Source: Macrostomum lignano (lineage: Eukaryota). From it: 64,000 bases of DNA. Every line of letters begins with the position of its first letter. Position 1 is the first letter of the stretch. Of the stretch, positions 26,559 to 38,900 are shown piece after piece. Under the pieces are notes generated by a model. That model was not told the origin of the DNA and searched no databases. It worked only from the letters and a program-made list of their open reading frames with translations. A program made the translations under genes and the position numbers. The stretch covers positions 434,001 through 498,000 of the forward strand of contig NIVC01000296.1 in assembly GCA_002269645.1 (NCBI GenBank). The letters are read 5' to 3'.

Positions 26559-27009
26559 ATGCACGCGGCTCTCCAAGCTGACGATCTCGCCGCCACGGAG
26601 GGGACGTCCGCAGGGTCCGAATCGACTGGCCGTCAGCGCCACCGCCAGCGCCGTCACTCATCGGGCGCCGATAGCCACAACGATGCCGACGTCGAAGGCG
26701 ACATCGGCGGCTTCGCTCTTGACGGCGTCGATTTGGCGCCGATGTCGACGCTGGAGCTGCTCAGCGGCGGCTCCGGCAAGGCCGCGGCGAATGTCGGCAG
26801 TGGCGGCGACGACATCGGCGGCGGCGGCGGCGATTATCGAGGCGAGCCGGACCCGCCGACGGTGCTCATCGACTCGGAGGCCGGGCCGCCCACGGCCAAG
26901 CAGCGGCGTGTGGCGCGGATCGTCATGGCGGTGGCCTTCGCCCTGCTGGCCATGTGCGTCATCCTCATCGGCGTGACGCTGTCCATGTCCGACCGGGTGG
27001 ACGAGATGG
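26559..27009 (+). CDS. Uncharacterised single-pass membrane protein, exon 1
   Basis: GC3-rich codons. Disordered Gly/Asp-rich N-terminus, basic KQRR, hydrophobic helix IVMAVAFALLAMCVILIGVTL, then SMSDRVDEM. Donor g|gtgagc at 27010. The start codon is uncertain (an upstream ccag acceptor near 26546 may exist). Confidence 0.7.
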
Positions 27010-27015
27010 GTGAGC

Positions 27016-27230
27016 CGCTCCGCTCTCTGCTATCCGCTCTCTGCTATCCGCTCTCTGCTATCCGCTCTCTGCTATCCGCTCTCTGCTATCCGCTCTCTGC
27101 TATCCGCTCTCTGCTATCCGCTCTCTGCTATCCGCTCTCTGCTATCCGCTCTCTGCTATCCGCTCTCTGCTATCCGCTCTCTGCTATCCGCTCTCTGCTA
27201 TCCGCTCTCTGCTATCCGCTCTCTGCTACC
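27016..27230. repeat. 14-bp intronic minisatellite (CTATCCGCTCTCTG)n
   Basis: Period 14; starts a few nt after the donor. Confidence 0.95.
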
Positions 27231-27805
27231 CGTTATCTACTATTCCTTCCCTATTATATGTACAGTAGTCTTCGCTTCAAAAAAGTCTCTTTTGTTATAC
27301 TGCACTCCCTCGTGACTCTCCAGCTCCCGCTCGCCTCCACTTGCTCTGCTTATATCGGCACTCCACCCTTCTTATCTGCTCACCCGCAAACGCTTATGCC
27401 TCCCATCCCCTCTACATCTCTGATTATTTTGGAAAAAAGGTTTCCATAGGCAAAACATATTTCAGCTTGTCATTGTGCGACAGCTTCTACAAGGAAGGAA
27501 ACAAAAATGATTCATAAAGAAAGCCAGCAGCAGTGGCATGAAATTGCTTATTGTCCCAGCTTGGGGAGTAGCTCGATCTTCATCAATCCAGGAGGCTGCA
27601 GTGATTGACAGGAAGCATAGAGTCGATCGTTGATAATTAAACTGTGTGAGAAAACATGTTAGAAATAACGAAACGTTACGACTACTTAAAGTAAAAAATA
27701 GCGAAAACGTTAAAAAACATTACAATCATAATGTACACTACTAGAAGTAAAAATATTTGTTTTTTTAATTCGTCACAACGCGACACGCGCCCATTGGTTT
27801 TGCAG

Positions 27806-27873
27806 ACAAGCAGCGACGCCTCGCTGAGCAGCAGGAGAAGTCGGCCATGTCGCCACCAGCCGCGCAGCCCTGA
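27806..27873 (+). CDS. Uncharacterised single-pass membrane protein, putative exon 2
   Basis: Acceptor ttttgcag| at 27805. A phase-1 join gives DKQRRLAEQQEKSAMSPPAAQP*; total 172 aa. Confidence 0.55.
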
Positions 27874-28112
27874 CGCGATGCGGTGAATGAGCTTACAGTC
27901 AGTCTGTCCGACGAGTGTGTAGCGAAGAAATGCGAGAATGTTAATTAAATTCTTTGTTGCTTACTGCATACCTCGGTTTTATCAAAAAAATATACTACTG
28001 ACACGTGCGTGTACATCACACGGAGTTTTATAGCTTATCTTTTTTCGATGAACAGATTGAGGTGTTCCTACTCCTATTTTGTGTTCGAACCATACGAGCG
28101 TAGATACTAGCC

Positions 28113-28161
28113 GTCTGTCTGTCTGTCTGTGTGTCTGTCTGTCTGTCTGTCTGTCTGTCTT

Positions 28162-28234
<73 letters not shown>

Positions 28235-28246
28235 TTATCTGTCTGT
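28113..28246. repeat. (TCTG)n microsatellite
   Basis: Directly visible. Confidence 0.95.
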
Positions 28247-28516
28247 CGGTCTATTATCGGCACAACACTTTATACCTATCCTGTTCATTTTAACTATATA
28301 ACTGTTAATGTGGGTACAAGTACATGTAGATACAAATAGAAATTTTGATGACATGTCGAATGGTGTTCTGGTTTTAAAATCGAGCTTGCTGCATGGCCTC
28401 GGCAAACTATTTAAATTACATTAGGGGCCTCGGAAAAAATTCAGATCATCGCCGCGGGTCTGATGAGCTAAGGAAGGAGAGACAATTGAGCCTAGAGGAG
28501 AGTCAAGAGGAAAAAT

Positions 28517-28767
28517 GAGATGAGAGAGAGAGAGGAGATAAGAAAAGAGAGAAGAGAGAGAGAGGAGATAAGAAAAGAGAGAAGAGAGAGAGAGGAGATA
28601 AGAAAAGAGAGAAGAGAGAGAGAGAGGAGATAAGAAAAGAGAGAAGAGAGAGAGAGAGAGAGAGGAGATAAGAAAAGAGAGAAGAGAGAGAGAGAGGAGA
28701 TAAGAAAAGAGAGAAGAGAGAGAGAGGAGATAAAAAAAGAGAGAAGAGAGAGAGAGAGGAGATGAGA
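28517..28767. repeat. GA-rich polypurine compound repeat
   Basis: Repeating GAGGAGATAAGAAAAGAGAGAAGAGAGAGA units. Confidence 0.9.
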
Positions 28768-31700
28768 AGAGACACAAAGCCAGATAGAGAGGAGCTTCGC
28801 GGGCCGGAGTTTGCCAGCTCCTGCCTTTATTGGCGATCTCCATTTTGCAAAGCAAAAATTTTTACGCCAAACGGAACTGTTGATCATTTTTATTCATCTT
28901 TACAATGACATCAACGTTCACTAAAAATCGATCCAGCCAACCAAAAAAGGCTGGAGTCAGCCTAATGTTGGCTGAATATAGCCTGGGTTTGGGGGACGAG
29001 TTGCTGTTCTAGATTCTGGTCCTCGACAATTAAGAGGTGTCGTCGTTATATTATCAATCTTTTCATATCTTATCAATTAAGAGGTGTGGTCGTTACAATT
29101 AAAATTTTTCTGCGTCAGCAAATTGTTTGTAGATAACCGAAGTATTTTTATCTGCTGGATTGTTGCACCTGAGCCCAGATATTTCTGTCAAATTTGTGAC
29201 GTTTTTTAGTGCAGACTACCAGCATGCAGTTATATGTAAATTTACATGGATACAATATTGCAGTTAACTTACGCAAGGCAATTAGACGTTGCTTGTAGAC
29301 AGTCTATTTATGCAATATTGTTAAGGAAAAAAGGCCTTTTACAAAAAATACAGACAAATCTAAAATCGATCTCGCTGTACCATGAATATTACTGGCAGTA
29401 GCAATGGTATTTTTATTATTTTATTATTTCTGTAATTCATCTGGCTTACAGGATTCTCTGTATTGCTCTCTGGATTCTTTATTCTAATGCCGTCTTCTTT
29501 AGGTGGCACCACATTTTCATATATACAGTATCAGCTGGAAGGTAAAAAAGTAGAGTACCAGTTTCTGCCTGGCCGTCTGAGAGAGTCATATGACGTGATT
29601 GCCACACTTTTTCTTCGGAATGTGTTATTGAAGTCAATCAGATTAATGCACGCAAATATTCTTCCAAGTAAAAAGATTATTTGTATAGCTATTATATTCG
29701 CAGTGTATCTGTCCTAATAGCTCTTACTTATTTTACATGCTAATAATGTTAATATGTACTGCAGGTAGAAGGGTCGCTAAATTCGATTTTCTATAAAATG
29801 AGACGGAGGCCAAAGGAACATCGAGCCATACACATTTATCGTATCGCTAGTGCATTTAATATGATCTAGAGACAAGAGCTGAATGGGTTTCGCCAAATAA
29901 ACCAGAAAAATTCAGAAATCCGCGAAAAACATTCTAGTAGAGAGCAGCATGCACTAGCGATTCGACAAACATCGTTCCGTAAGAATCGGGGGCATCACAA
30001 ATCCAAATATCAAATTCTCGAAGCACCTTAAATCATAAACCCGAAATATCACAAACCCTAAAAATCATATTCTCGAAAATCCAAAATGCAGGCATGCTAA
30101 TTAAGGATCGTTTATGATCGGAGGTGCGTTCGAGGTTGTGATTTTTAGGGTTTGTGATGGCGCCCCTTACGAATCTCTAGCTCATTTCTAGAAAAATCGA
30201 ATGTGGAGACAGTGGAGTCATACTGCACTCTGCAGTTTTTCAGGTAGTTAGCATGCATCCGTATTTACATGTATATTCATGTGCAGAGATGCATGTACAT
30301 TAGATTATTTCGATTTGCCATTTTTTAAACTCGCATAAGTCATTCATATGGTGCTTTTTAAAACTAAGTATTTAAAATATGAACTCCGCTGTTTATGTCT
30401 ATGCTCCCCTGGAAGGACCCGTGCTGACCACTTAGTCGACAAATAAATTCGGCGACAGAGGGTGGACAGAGATTCACCATGGACAAATTCGGCGAAAGCA
30501 AATTCAGCGACAATCTAATCAAATTTAGCATCATAATAATTCTGTATAACATTATCAATTATTTCAGTAAAATAGTGGCAAACAATGCATACTAGCTTTC
30601 TTTTTAATTGAGTTTGTTTTATCCATTATTTCCTGTACTTTTTAAAAGTTGCTTTCAAAGAAATGTTCATAATTCATTCTTAACTTAGACGCGCGACATC
30701 TGTCTATTTCGATCGATCACTCAGACTGATTCAGTTTCTTCTATTATAGGTCATGCAGCACTCAGGAGTTTAGTGGCTGGAGATTTAAGGCACTTGTTTG
30801 CACAGAAATCTCAATGGACCCTCATGTACAGCAGTAGTATCAATTGACAGTACTTCTCAATTTTCTCATACATGTACGTTCTTGGTTTTTTGTCAGTAGA
30901 GTGTGCGTATGCACCCTAAATTTTGAAATCGCACCCTGAAATAGAAAAGTGCGTGCGGTTTAGGTGCGGTCTCATAACCTATTTTCCTTTTAAGGCGTAA
31001 GCCTCATTTAATAAAAGAAATTGCACTCTAAGCCCTAAAATCGCACCCTGAAATTGGGCACAGAGTGCGATTTTGCACCTTGTCTCTGGCGAAAAAAACA
31101 GTGTCACATTTTTCTGCTGTGCGCTCAGCTGACACTGCTGACGATGCACATCTCGTACTTAAGTTAAGTTATGTGTTGTGTTGTACTGTTATCGAAGGGG
31201 ATGGGGTTGGTCTGACAGATGGCTTATATCTGAAGCCTTGGTTGCAATCATAAAATCAGACTTGAAGTCTTGTTGCCAAATTTGTGTTCGTTAAATTTGT
31301 CTGAGTTAAATTTCTGTTGCTGAATTTGTTTGTTATTGAATTTGCATGCATTCTTTTTCCTATGCTATGAGATAATCTGACCTAGTCACTAGTGTAGTAG
31401 CTTTGATGTAGCAATCAATAAGCTGCTTAGCAAATTTCATAATTTATAGGTTTATAGCCCCCCTCCCTATTGAATAAATATTAGGATAGGCCTTAGGCTA
31501 GGCCTATAGCTATATTTTACAAAATTAAAAATCCTAAGTTTTGTCAATCAAAGGATTCTTAAGATTGAAATATTCCATACTTTGCCAATCCTAAGATCCC
31601 AACTATTTGAACCAGGATCTTAGGGTCCCAGGGTTGAACATTTTTAAATCTATATTAGGGCCTAGCCATAGTCAGGATCATGTCATGGTATACGCTGGAA

Positions 31701-33724
31701 TAAAAAGTCCCCTAAAAAATCTACGCCACTTCATACTGAAACGTATGCCAAGGTCCTAGGAACTTACGCCAGGTTTTCTAGGCTTTACGACAATAAATGA
31801 CCTTTTTTGCATGTTACACATTTTTCTTCAAATAAATTATTTAACAAATGTGTGGTTTTCATTTAAAGTAGGGCCTAAATTGGCTTACAGATAATGCCAA
31901 CAAAAAAATCAATTTTTGTTTAAGTTTTTTTAAAAAATTACACAATTAGTTTGCATAGAATTTTTTATTTTTATAAATCACAAATGGTTATAAACTTTCA
32001 TCTTATGAGTTTTATGGTTTTTATGATTTTATAATAAGATTCTGAGGTTATAGCGTTATGCCAACAATTGTTAATATTAACTTTGGCATGAAGGTTGGAG
32101 TTGGCATATGAGCTGCTTGGCATATTTACGTCATGGCATCACGCCAAAAGGTATGCCAAATATATTTTGCCTCATTTTTATGCCAATTGTACACCAAAAA
32201 AGTAAAATTTTCAATTGTACGGCAGAAATTTCCGGCATATTATACATCATCCTGACTATAGGGGCCTTAGGGCCTAATAGTACAATTTTGGTTTATAAAG
32301 CCATCTAATTTGACATAAAAATTTGTAAACAAGAAACTTATTGTAAGCTCTAAATTGGAATGTGATATATAGAATAGTATATATAAACCTAATAGATGTG
32401 CTTTTTACATGTTAGTATCGCTATCAGCTTAGAAAAACACATTTGATTATAACATAATTGAGTTTAGTTTATAAAGCAATAGCCTAAGGAAGGCCTAGGC
32501 CTATTGATATTAGGATAAAAAGAAATCAAACATCACCCTCCTAGGCAGTCCTATGGCCATGGCATCTACTATAGAACCTTCTTAAATAGAAAATTAGTAG
32601 CTTAGAGTTATGGTCTAATAACAAAAACTAGAATTTTTATTCTGACATAGGCTTATTCTTGCTATTATTGTTGGTAGGTTTGTTGGTAGTTTTTGACTAG
32701 AAATGCAACTTATATATAAAAGAAATGTAAGGAAAGTTTAACATAATTTTGGGTAAATGGCAAGAATAACTATGACTTTATTATTAAGGCTAAATGCCTC
32801 ATTATCTAATTAATAACTGTGCATATATTTTTTGTATAAACATTTTTGCAACTTACATTGGCTAGGTAATATGCATATATGGTCTTCAATAAGGAAGAAA
32901 GAGGCTTGTTTCTTGGCGCTAAGAAAATAGATTAAGCCATGAAATATTATTAGGCTGGCAAGCATTGTCTAGGAACAAGTTGGGCCCAAGATAATGGAGC
33001 TAGTCTCAGTTGAAAGCTAGGCAGTAGTGGACAAAGTGCTTCATATTTTTATTCTTAAGGTTGCAAAAGGGGCAAAGTTTGCCCTAATGGTTGCCTTAAA
33101 GGAAACAGTGCTTAGAAAAGCAGCCATGACCTATGAAAGTCATTGTGAGAGTGTAGATATCTTTTCAATTCTCATTCAAAACAATTCTCTGAGACTTGAT
33201 AGATTGGGCACAGCCACTTGAGAATATCATCCTATCTGCATAAGTGCAGGGTATCCACCTAGTCATTAATCCAATCCTTAGGCATTACTAAGATTAGATG
33301 GTCATGGCCTTCTTAACACTGTATGTATATTTCTAATATCTATGGGTACTTCATTTCACTTTGATCTTGTTAGTATTCTATCAGTAGTATATATGGTGTG
33401 TTTTCCTTCTACTTCATTGAAAAAGTATATGCTTATTAAAGAGCTTATTTACTAATTAACACTACTATAATAAAAATGATATGTATAAAATAGCATTAAT
33501 TTTTTAACATTAAAATCTATATAGATCACTTGAACTTTAATCAAATCTAATTAATATACTTTGAAATATTATTGAATATTGGAATTTTTGTTTATTGCTA
33601 TACTTCCTGATAATAAAGTTTATATCTTGGGCCCAGTCATCTAGAATAAGTTAATTTAAAACGTTATTCAAGTTTACAAACAGCAAGTAAAGAAGTCCGG
33701 TCATTTCCCACTCTGCTAGCACTC

Positions 33725-33892
33725 ATGGCAAATTTCTTTGAAGTTGGCGAAGTTCGCGTGGCCACCAACGAAGATTTCATGACTTTCAAAGCATTGTGCA
33801 CCAACCGCGATGGCTGGAAGCAGGAGTACTTGAAAGGCACGACAGAAGTGTGCACCAAGTCTACTGACCAGACCAATATTAAAATGATGAAG
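33725..33892 (+). CDS. STARD10: STARD10/PCTP-like START-domain protein, exon 1
   Basis: MANFFEVGEVRVATNEDFMTFKALCTNRDGWKQEY...IKMMK. Donor aag|gttcga at 33893; 168 nt. Confidence 0.8.
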
Positions 33893-34158
33893 GTTCGACC
33901 CTAAAACTTGCTGTCTCATGGTTTCTGAGCAGGTTGTATCTATGCAATTTTGCTGTGTTAAATAGTGCTATATAATTAGCAAGTGAGATACCAGTCACAA
34001 ACTGATATCTCAGTCACAAGCTGATATCTAAATCACAACTCAAAATTTCTCAGCAAAACTAGTTTGCTTTTTCAAATAGCTGCTATTAGTAGGAAAGCGA
34101 AATAATTGATGTCAATCAGTATATTTTTATTACTCCACCCGTACCGTATCCCATTCAG

Positions 34159-34306
34159 GTCGACTTCGATTTGAGCGACGTGTCAATGGAGCTTGTCTAC
34201 GACGTGCTGCACGACCCTGATTATCGACGCCTATGGGACCGCTGCATGGTTGAGGGCCGAGACCTCTGCCACATTGATGCGAATAACGATATCGGATATT
34301 ATGCTA
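34159..34306 (+). CDS. STARD10: STARD10-like, exon 2
   Basis: ttcag| then VDFDLSDVSMELVYDVLHDPDYRRLWD...NNDIGYYA (cf. human LYDVLHDIEYRKKWD). Donor a|gtgagt. Confidence 0.9.
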
Positions 34307-34319
34307 GTGAGTCTCCGCT

Positions 34320-34745
34320 GATTAGATTGGCGAGAGATTAAATGGAAATGGATTAGATTGGCCATAGACTAGATGGAGATGGATTAAATTGGTTAGAGAC
34401 TAGATCGAGTTTGATTAGATTGGTTAGAGACTAGATCAAGATGGGTTAGATTCGCCGTAGACTAGATGGAGATGGATTAAATTGGTTAGAGACTAGATCG
34501 AGTTTGATTAGATTGGTTAGAGACTAGATGAAGATGGGTTAGATTGGCCATAGACTAGATCGAGATGGATTAGATTGGCCATAGACTAAATCAAAATGGA
34601 TTAGATTGGCCATAGACTAGATCGCGATGGATTGTATTGGCCATAGACTAGATAGAGATGGATTAGATTGGCCATAGACTAGATCGAGATAGATTAGATT
34701 GGCCATAGACTAAATCGAGATGGATTAGATTGCCCATAGACTAAA
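34320..34745. repeat. 31-bp intronic minisatellite (GATTAGATTGGCCATAGACTAGATCGAGATG)n
   Basis: Period 31, in STARD10 intron 2. Confidence 0.9.
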
Positions 34746-35077
34746 TCATTAAGATAAGTCGAACTTGAGATATATTGAGATTAATATATGCGTCATATTG
34801 GGTAGACAATGGATGCAAAAACGCTGCCATTGACTAAATCTTTTACTATAAGTAGTGAAACTTGGCAGCGAGTGGATAATTTTGCTGTCTTGCATCTAGT
34901 TGCCTTGATTAGCATAATCAAAGATCTGTGTTTTCTGCAACTAACATCTGCTGCTAAATTGTCGGATTCACGTGACATTCGAAAAAAGAAATAAATCAAG
35001 TCTTTGCTAATCAGCGGTCAAGCAGACACGAAAGCGACAGTCCCCGCCTATTTCGTGTAAAACAATCACCATTTCAG

Positions 35078-35181
35078 TTCAGAGCCTGCCGCCCTTGAAA
35101 AATCGCGATTTTGTGACGCAGCGGTCTTGGATGGCCACGCCGCTGGAATGCATCATTCTGAATCATTCCGTCTTTCACAGG
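35078..35181 (+). CDS. STARD10: STARD10-like, exon 3
   Basis: tttcag| phase 1, (I)[34 protein letters not shown]. Donor agg|gtgaga at 35182. Confidence 0.9.
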
Positions 35182-35221
35182 GTGAGAATTGTCATTGGTA
35201 TTTGTCTCCTTACAGGATACT

Positions 35222-35678
35222 CCCTCCCCATGCTGTGTCTGCTCTGTCCCTTCTCCATGGTGCTGTGTCTGCTCTGTCCCCTCCCCATGCTGCTGTGTCT
35301 GCTCTGTCCCCTCCCCATGCTGCTGTGTCTGCTCTGTCCCCTCCCCATGCTGCTGTGTCTGCTCTGTCCCCTCCCCATGCTGCTGTGTCTGCTCTGTCCC
35401 CTCCCCATGCTGCTGTGTCTGCTCTGTCCCCTCCCCATGCTGCTGTGTCTGCTCTGTCCCCTCCCCATGCTGCTGTGTCTGCTCTGTCCCCTCCCCATGC
35501 TGCTGTGTCTGCTCTGTGCCCTCCCCATGCTGTGTCTGCTCTGTCCCCTCCCCATGCAGCTGTGTCTGCTCTGTCCCTTCTCCATGCTGCTGTGTCTGCT
35601 CTGTCCCCTCCCCATGCTGCTGTGTCTGCTCTGTCCCCTCCCCATGCTGCTGTGTCTGCTCTGTCCCCTCCCCATGCT
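35222..35678. repeat. 30-bp minisatellite (CCCCATGCTGCTGTGTCTGCTCTGTCCCCT)n, left arm
   Basis: Period 30 with 27-bp variants. The same array resumes at 40438 on the other side of the retrotransposon. Confidence 0.95.
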
Positions 35679-35723
35679 TCTTCTTCTTCTTCTGTTTCCC
35701 GGCACGCCGTTGACGCTTCGGCG

Positions 35724-35905
35724 TCAATATTGGCGGGGGCTCAGGCGCCCCACAGCACGTACGAACGCGATGATCCGGCCTGTCGGCGCCGATAGGGGGT
35801 CCTCGACGCCGAAGTAGCGGGCTCTGGCGGCGTCACCTCTTGGGCAGCGGCGGAGGAGGTGGTCGGCCGTGTCCACCGCGCCGCAGTCACTCCACTTTTT
35901 TGTCC
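35724..35905 (-). pseudogene. Frameshifted C-terminus of the retrotransposon ORF (CCHC-type zinc knuckle)
   Basis: Alternative frame reads KKWSDCGAVDTADHLLRRCP...[11 protein letters not shown]. Removing one A from the A6 run at ~35896-35901 fuses it to the main ORF. The expected first Cys position is Trp. Confidence 0.7.
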
Positions 35906-38900
35906 TCTTGGAGACCAAGACGTTGGCGGGTGGCGGCGCAGATGGTGGAGACGCCCGCTCTGAGTTGATTAACCAACACCTGCTCGCGTCGATTGCGGGT
36001 GGTGTCGGTGGGTGACGGCTGGTTGGTAGGCTCTGCGTCGCGGCGTCGGCGATCGCGGCGGATAGCGGCCCTCGCGGAGTCTAACGTGATGGCAGCTTCG
36101 CTCTGCGGAAGGGTAGCTGCCGTAGCCGCCGCTCTGTCAGCCGCTTCGTTGCCGGCAATCTGGCAGTGGCCAGGTACCCATCCGAAGTAGACCTTGGAGT
36201 AGGTGGCTCTCGCGATGGTGTCCCAGCAGGCGTGCCCGGCAGCATTTCGCTGGCCGGCCGGGCCGCGGGCCAGTGCCGACAGGGCGCTGAGGCTGTCAGT
36301 GAGGATGGCTATACTGTTGGCGGCGGCGTGTAGCTCCAACGAGGCACGAAGGGCGGTTGCGATAGCAGTCATTTCTGCTTGGTAGCTGCTGCAGTATGTC
36401 CCGGCCGGTGCTAGGTGCTCAGTGGTGGTACCATTATAGTGGATCACGGCCGCTCCCCCTCCGTGGGTGCAGCCTTCGTTGGCGGAGCCGTCCGTCCAGG
36501 CCGTGATCTCGAGCTCTTGGGCCGCTCTGAGGACCGCGTCGGCCGCTCTGGCGCGTTCTTCTGCCGGGGCTTTGCGGTTGACCATACTCGCCGTTGTGTC
36601 GAAGATAACTTCCGCGCTGGTGTCGCTTTCCCAGGGGGCGGCGATGATGATCTGCTCGCGCGCCATTTCATCGAGCGTTGCTACAACAGGGAGTTCTCGT
36701 GCGGCCCTCCTCCAGCATCCGCGGTGTGGCCGTTCGCGGTCTCGGGCTCCTATTCCGCTTCCCGGTTCGTCTTGCGGGTCATAGCTTCGATTTTTTAGGC
36801 GGGGTCTCGTCGAGCGGGCGGCGGTATCCACTGCCGGGCAGTCCGGCGGGAGACGAAGAATGCGCTCGCGAAGCATTGCCGCGCGTTCTATGGCGATCGA
36901 GCCGATCGGGGGGAGCCTGGCGATGTTGAGCGTGGTCTCGTTGCGGGTAGTACTGCAGCAGCCTGTGATCATCCGCGCGCATATCGACTGCTGTTGTTCG
37001 ATCATGCGTCGCGTGCTAGGCGCTGCTCCGGTTAGCCATATACCGCTTCCGTAGTCTGCACACGCTCTGATAGTGGTGATATAGGCCAAGCGGAGGATGT
37101 TTTGGTCCGCTCCACTGTTGCGGTGGGCAATGGCCGTGATTGCGCCTCTGCGCCGGGCCATGCGGGCCTTTACCTCGGCTCCATGCTTGTTGAAGGTTAG
37201 CTGATCGTCAAGGGTCAGGCCTAGGAGTCGAGGGTGCGGATCGTATTTAAGTTCGGCTCCGTTAATGTGCAGGTTGAGTCGGACTTTGCCGTTGTTCTCT
37301 TGTGGCGAGAGAGTGAAGGTCGAGTAGATGCATTTCTCGGTGCTGAGGGTGACCTTCCACCGCTTACACCATTCGGCGGCCGCATCAATGGCTGGTTGCA
37401 GGATGTCGGCGCAGTCCGTTAGCTTCCTGCTGGTGGCTAGCAGTGAGCTGTCGTCGGCGTATAGGTTAATTTTACAATCAGGGCTAGCCCTTTTTATGGT
37501 CGTCGGCAGGTCGTTGACGTACGTAGTCCACAGGGTGGGGGCGATGACGCTTCCTTGTGGAAGGCCCTCCTCGAGGACTCTTTCCCTGCTGATAGTTTGT
37601 TGCCATTTCACCCTGGCGCGGCGGTCTCTGAGGAATTTGTGCACCCAGAGGATGAATCTAGCAGGTACCGTGAGCTCGTATAGCTTAACAGTCAGAGCAG
37701 CGCGCCATACTCTGTCATAGGCCTTGCTGAAGTCGAGTAGGCATATGGCAGAGCGTTTCGCTGGTTGTTCCTCAAAACCATCAAAAATCGATTGGCAGGT
37801 GTGGGCGAGGACCTCTTCGGTGCTCCTGCCCTGGCGAAAGCCCGCCTGCTCTGGGGCCAGTTTGTGTTCACGTTCGAGGTAAGCGTTAAGTCTTTGCTGT
37901 ACGAGTTTCTCTCCGACCTTGCAGATGGAGCTCGTAAGGGCAATAGGTCGGTACGAGGACGGTGAGCTTGGCGATTTGTCCTTTTTAAGAATCGGTATGA
38001 TAGTGGCTCTTCGCCATTCGGTGGGGACTTGGTCACCCTTCCAGACTCTGTTCAGAAGGTTGAGGATCTGAAGCTCCATGGCCAGGGGGAGCTGTTTCAA
38101 CATCTCATTGCTGACCTGGTCAGGGCCAGGGCATTTACCGGATTTAAGTCTGCGGATTATGTGACGGAATTCGCCGATAGTAAAGTCTGATTCCGGGCCG
38201 TGGTTGGTGGCGGTAGCTCTGCAGTTGCGGAGGATGCGGTTAGCCTCTTTCACTATAGCCTCGTCGTTGTCTCCCTTATCTAGCCGGGATTCTTTAGCGT
38301 AAATTTGCATGAAGAGGTCGGCCTTATTCTTTTTAGTGATAGCCACTTTAGTCCTACCAGAAGTTGGGTTGGTATAACTAATGGTGGAGCTGGATGCTTG
38401 TGGTTTGGCTTCGCCTCTCATGTTGCGGAGGGTCCTGTAGAGATTGGTGTCTAGCTTCATGTCTTTACACGTTTCCGACCAGAATTCTTTTTTGGCGTTG
38501 TGAATGGTATTGCGAAGGCACGTGCGCGCTTGCGTGAGTTCCTGCATGTTTGTGTCGGATGCATCTGTTTCGACATTTTTGCGGGCTTGCTGATTTCTGT
38601 GTAGCGCTGTGTCGCATTCGTCATTCCAGAAAGGTCTCGAAATGTTCTGCGCGCCGTTCCGGGCTCCCTTCGGGATAGCTGCTGCGGCGGCTTGCAGTAT
38701 GGCTTTGCAGATACGTTTGTGTTCTGCTTCGGGGGATTCCGCCGCGTCCTGGACATGATTTTGAAGGGTCTCTTTAAATATATGCCAATTCGCCTTCTTG
38801 TACGACCACTGCGCTTGTCGTTGTTGTCGATGAGGGCGACGCGCTTGCACGCAGAAGGTGATAGGCAGATGATCGGAGCCCAGATCTTTAGCGGTGGACC

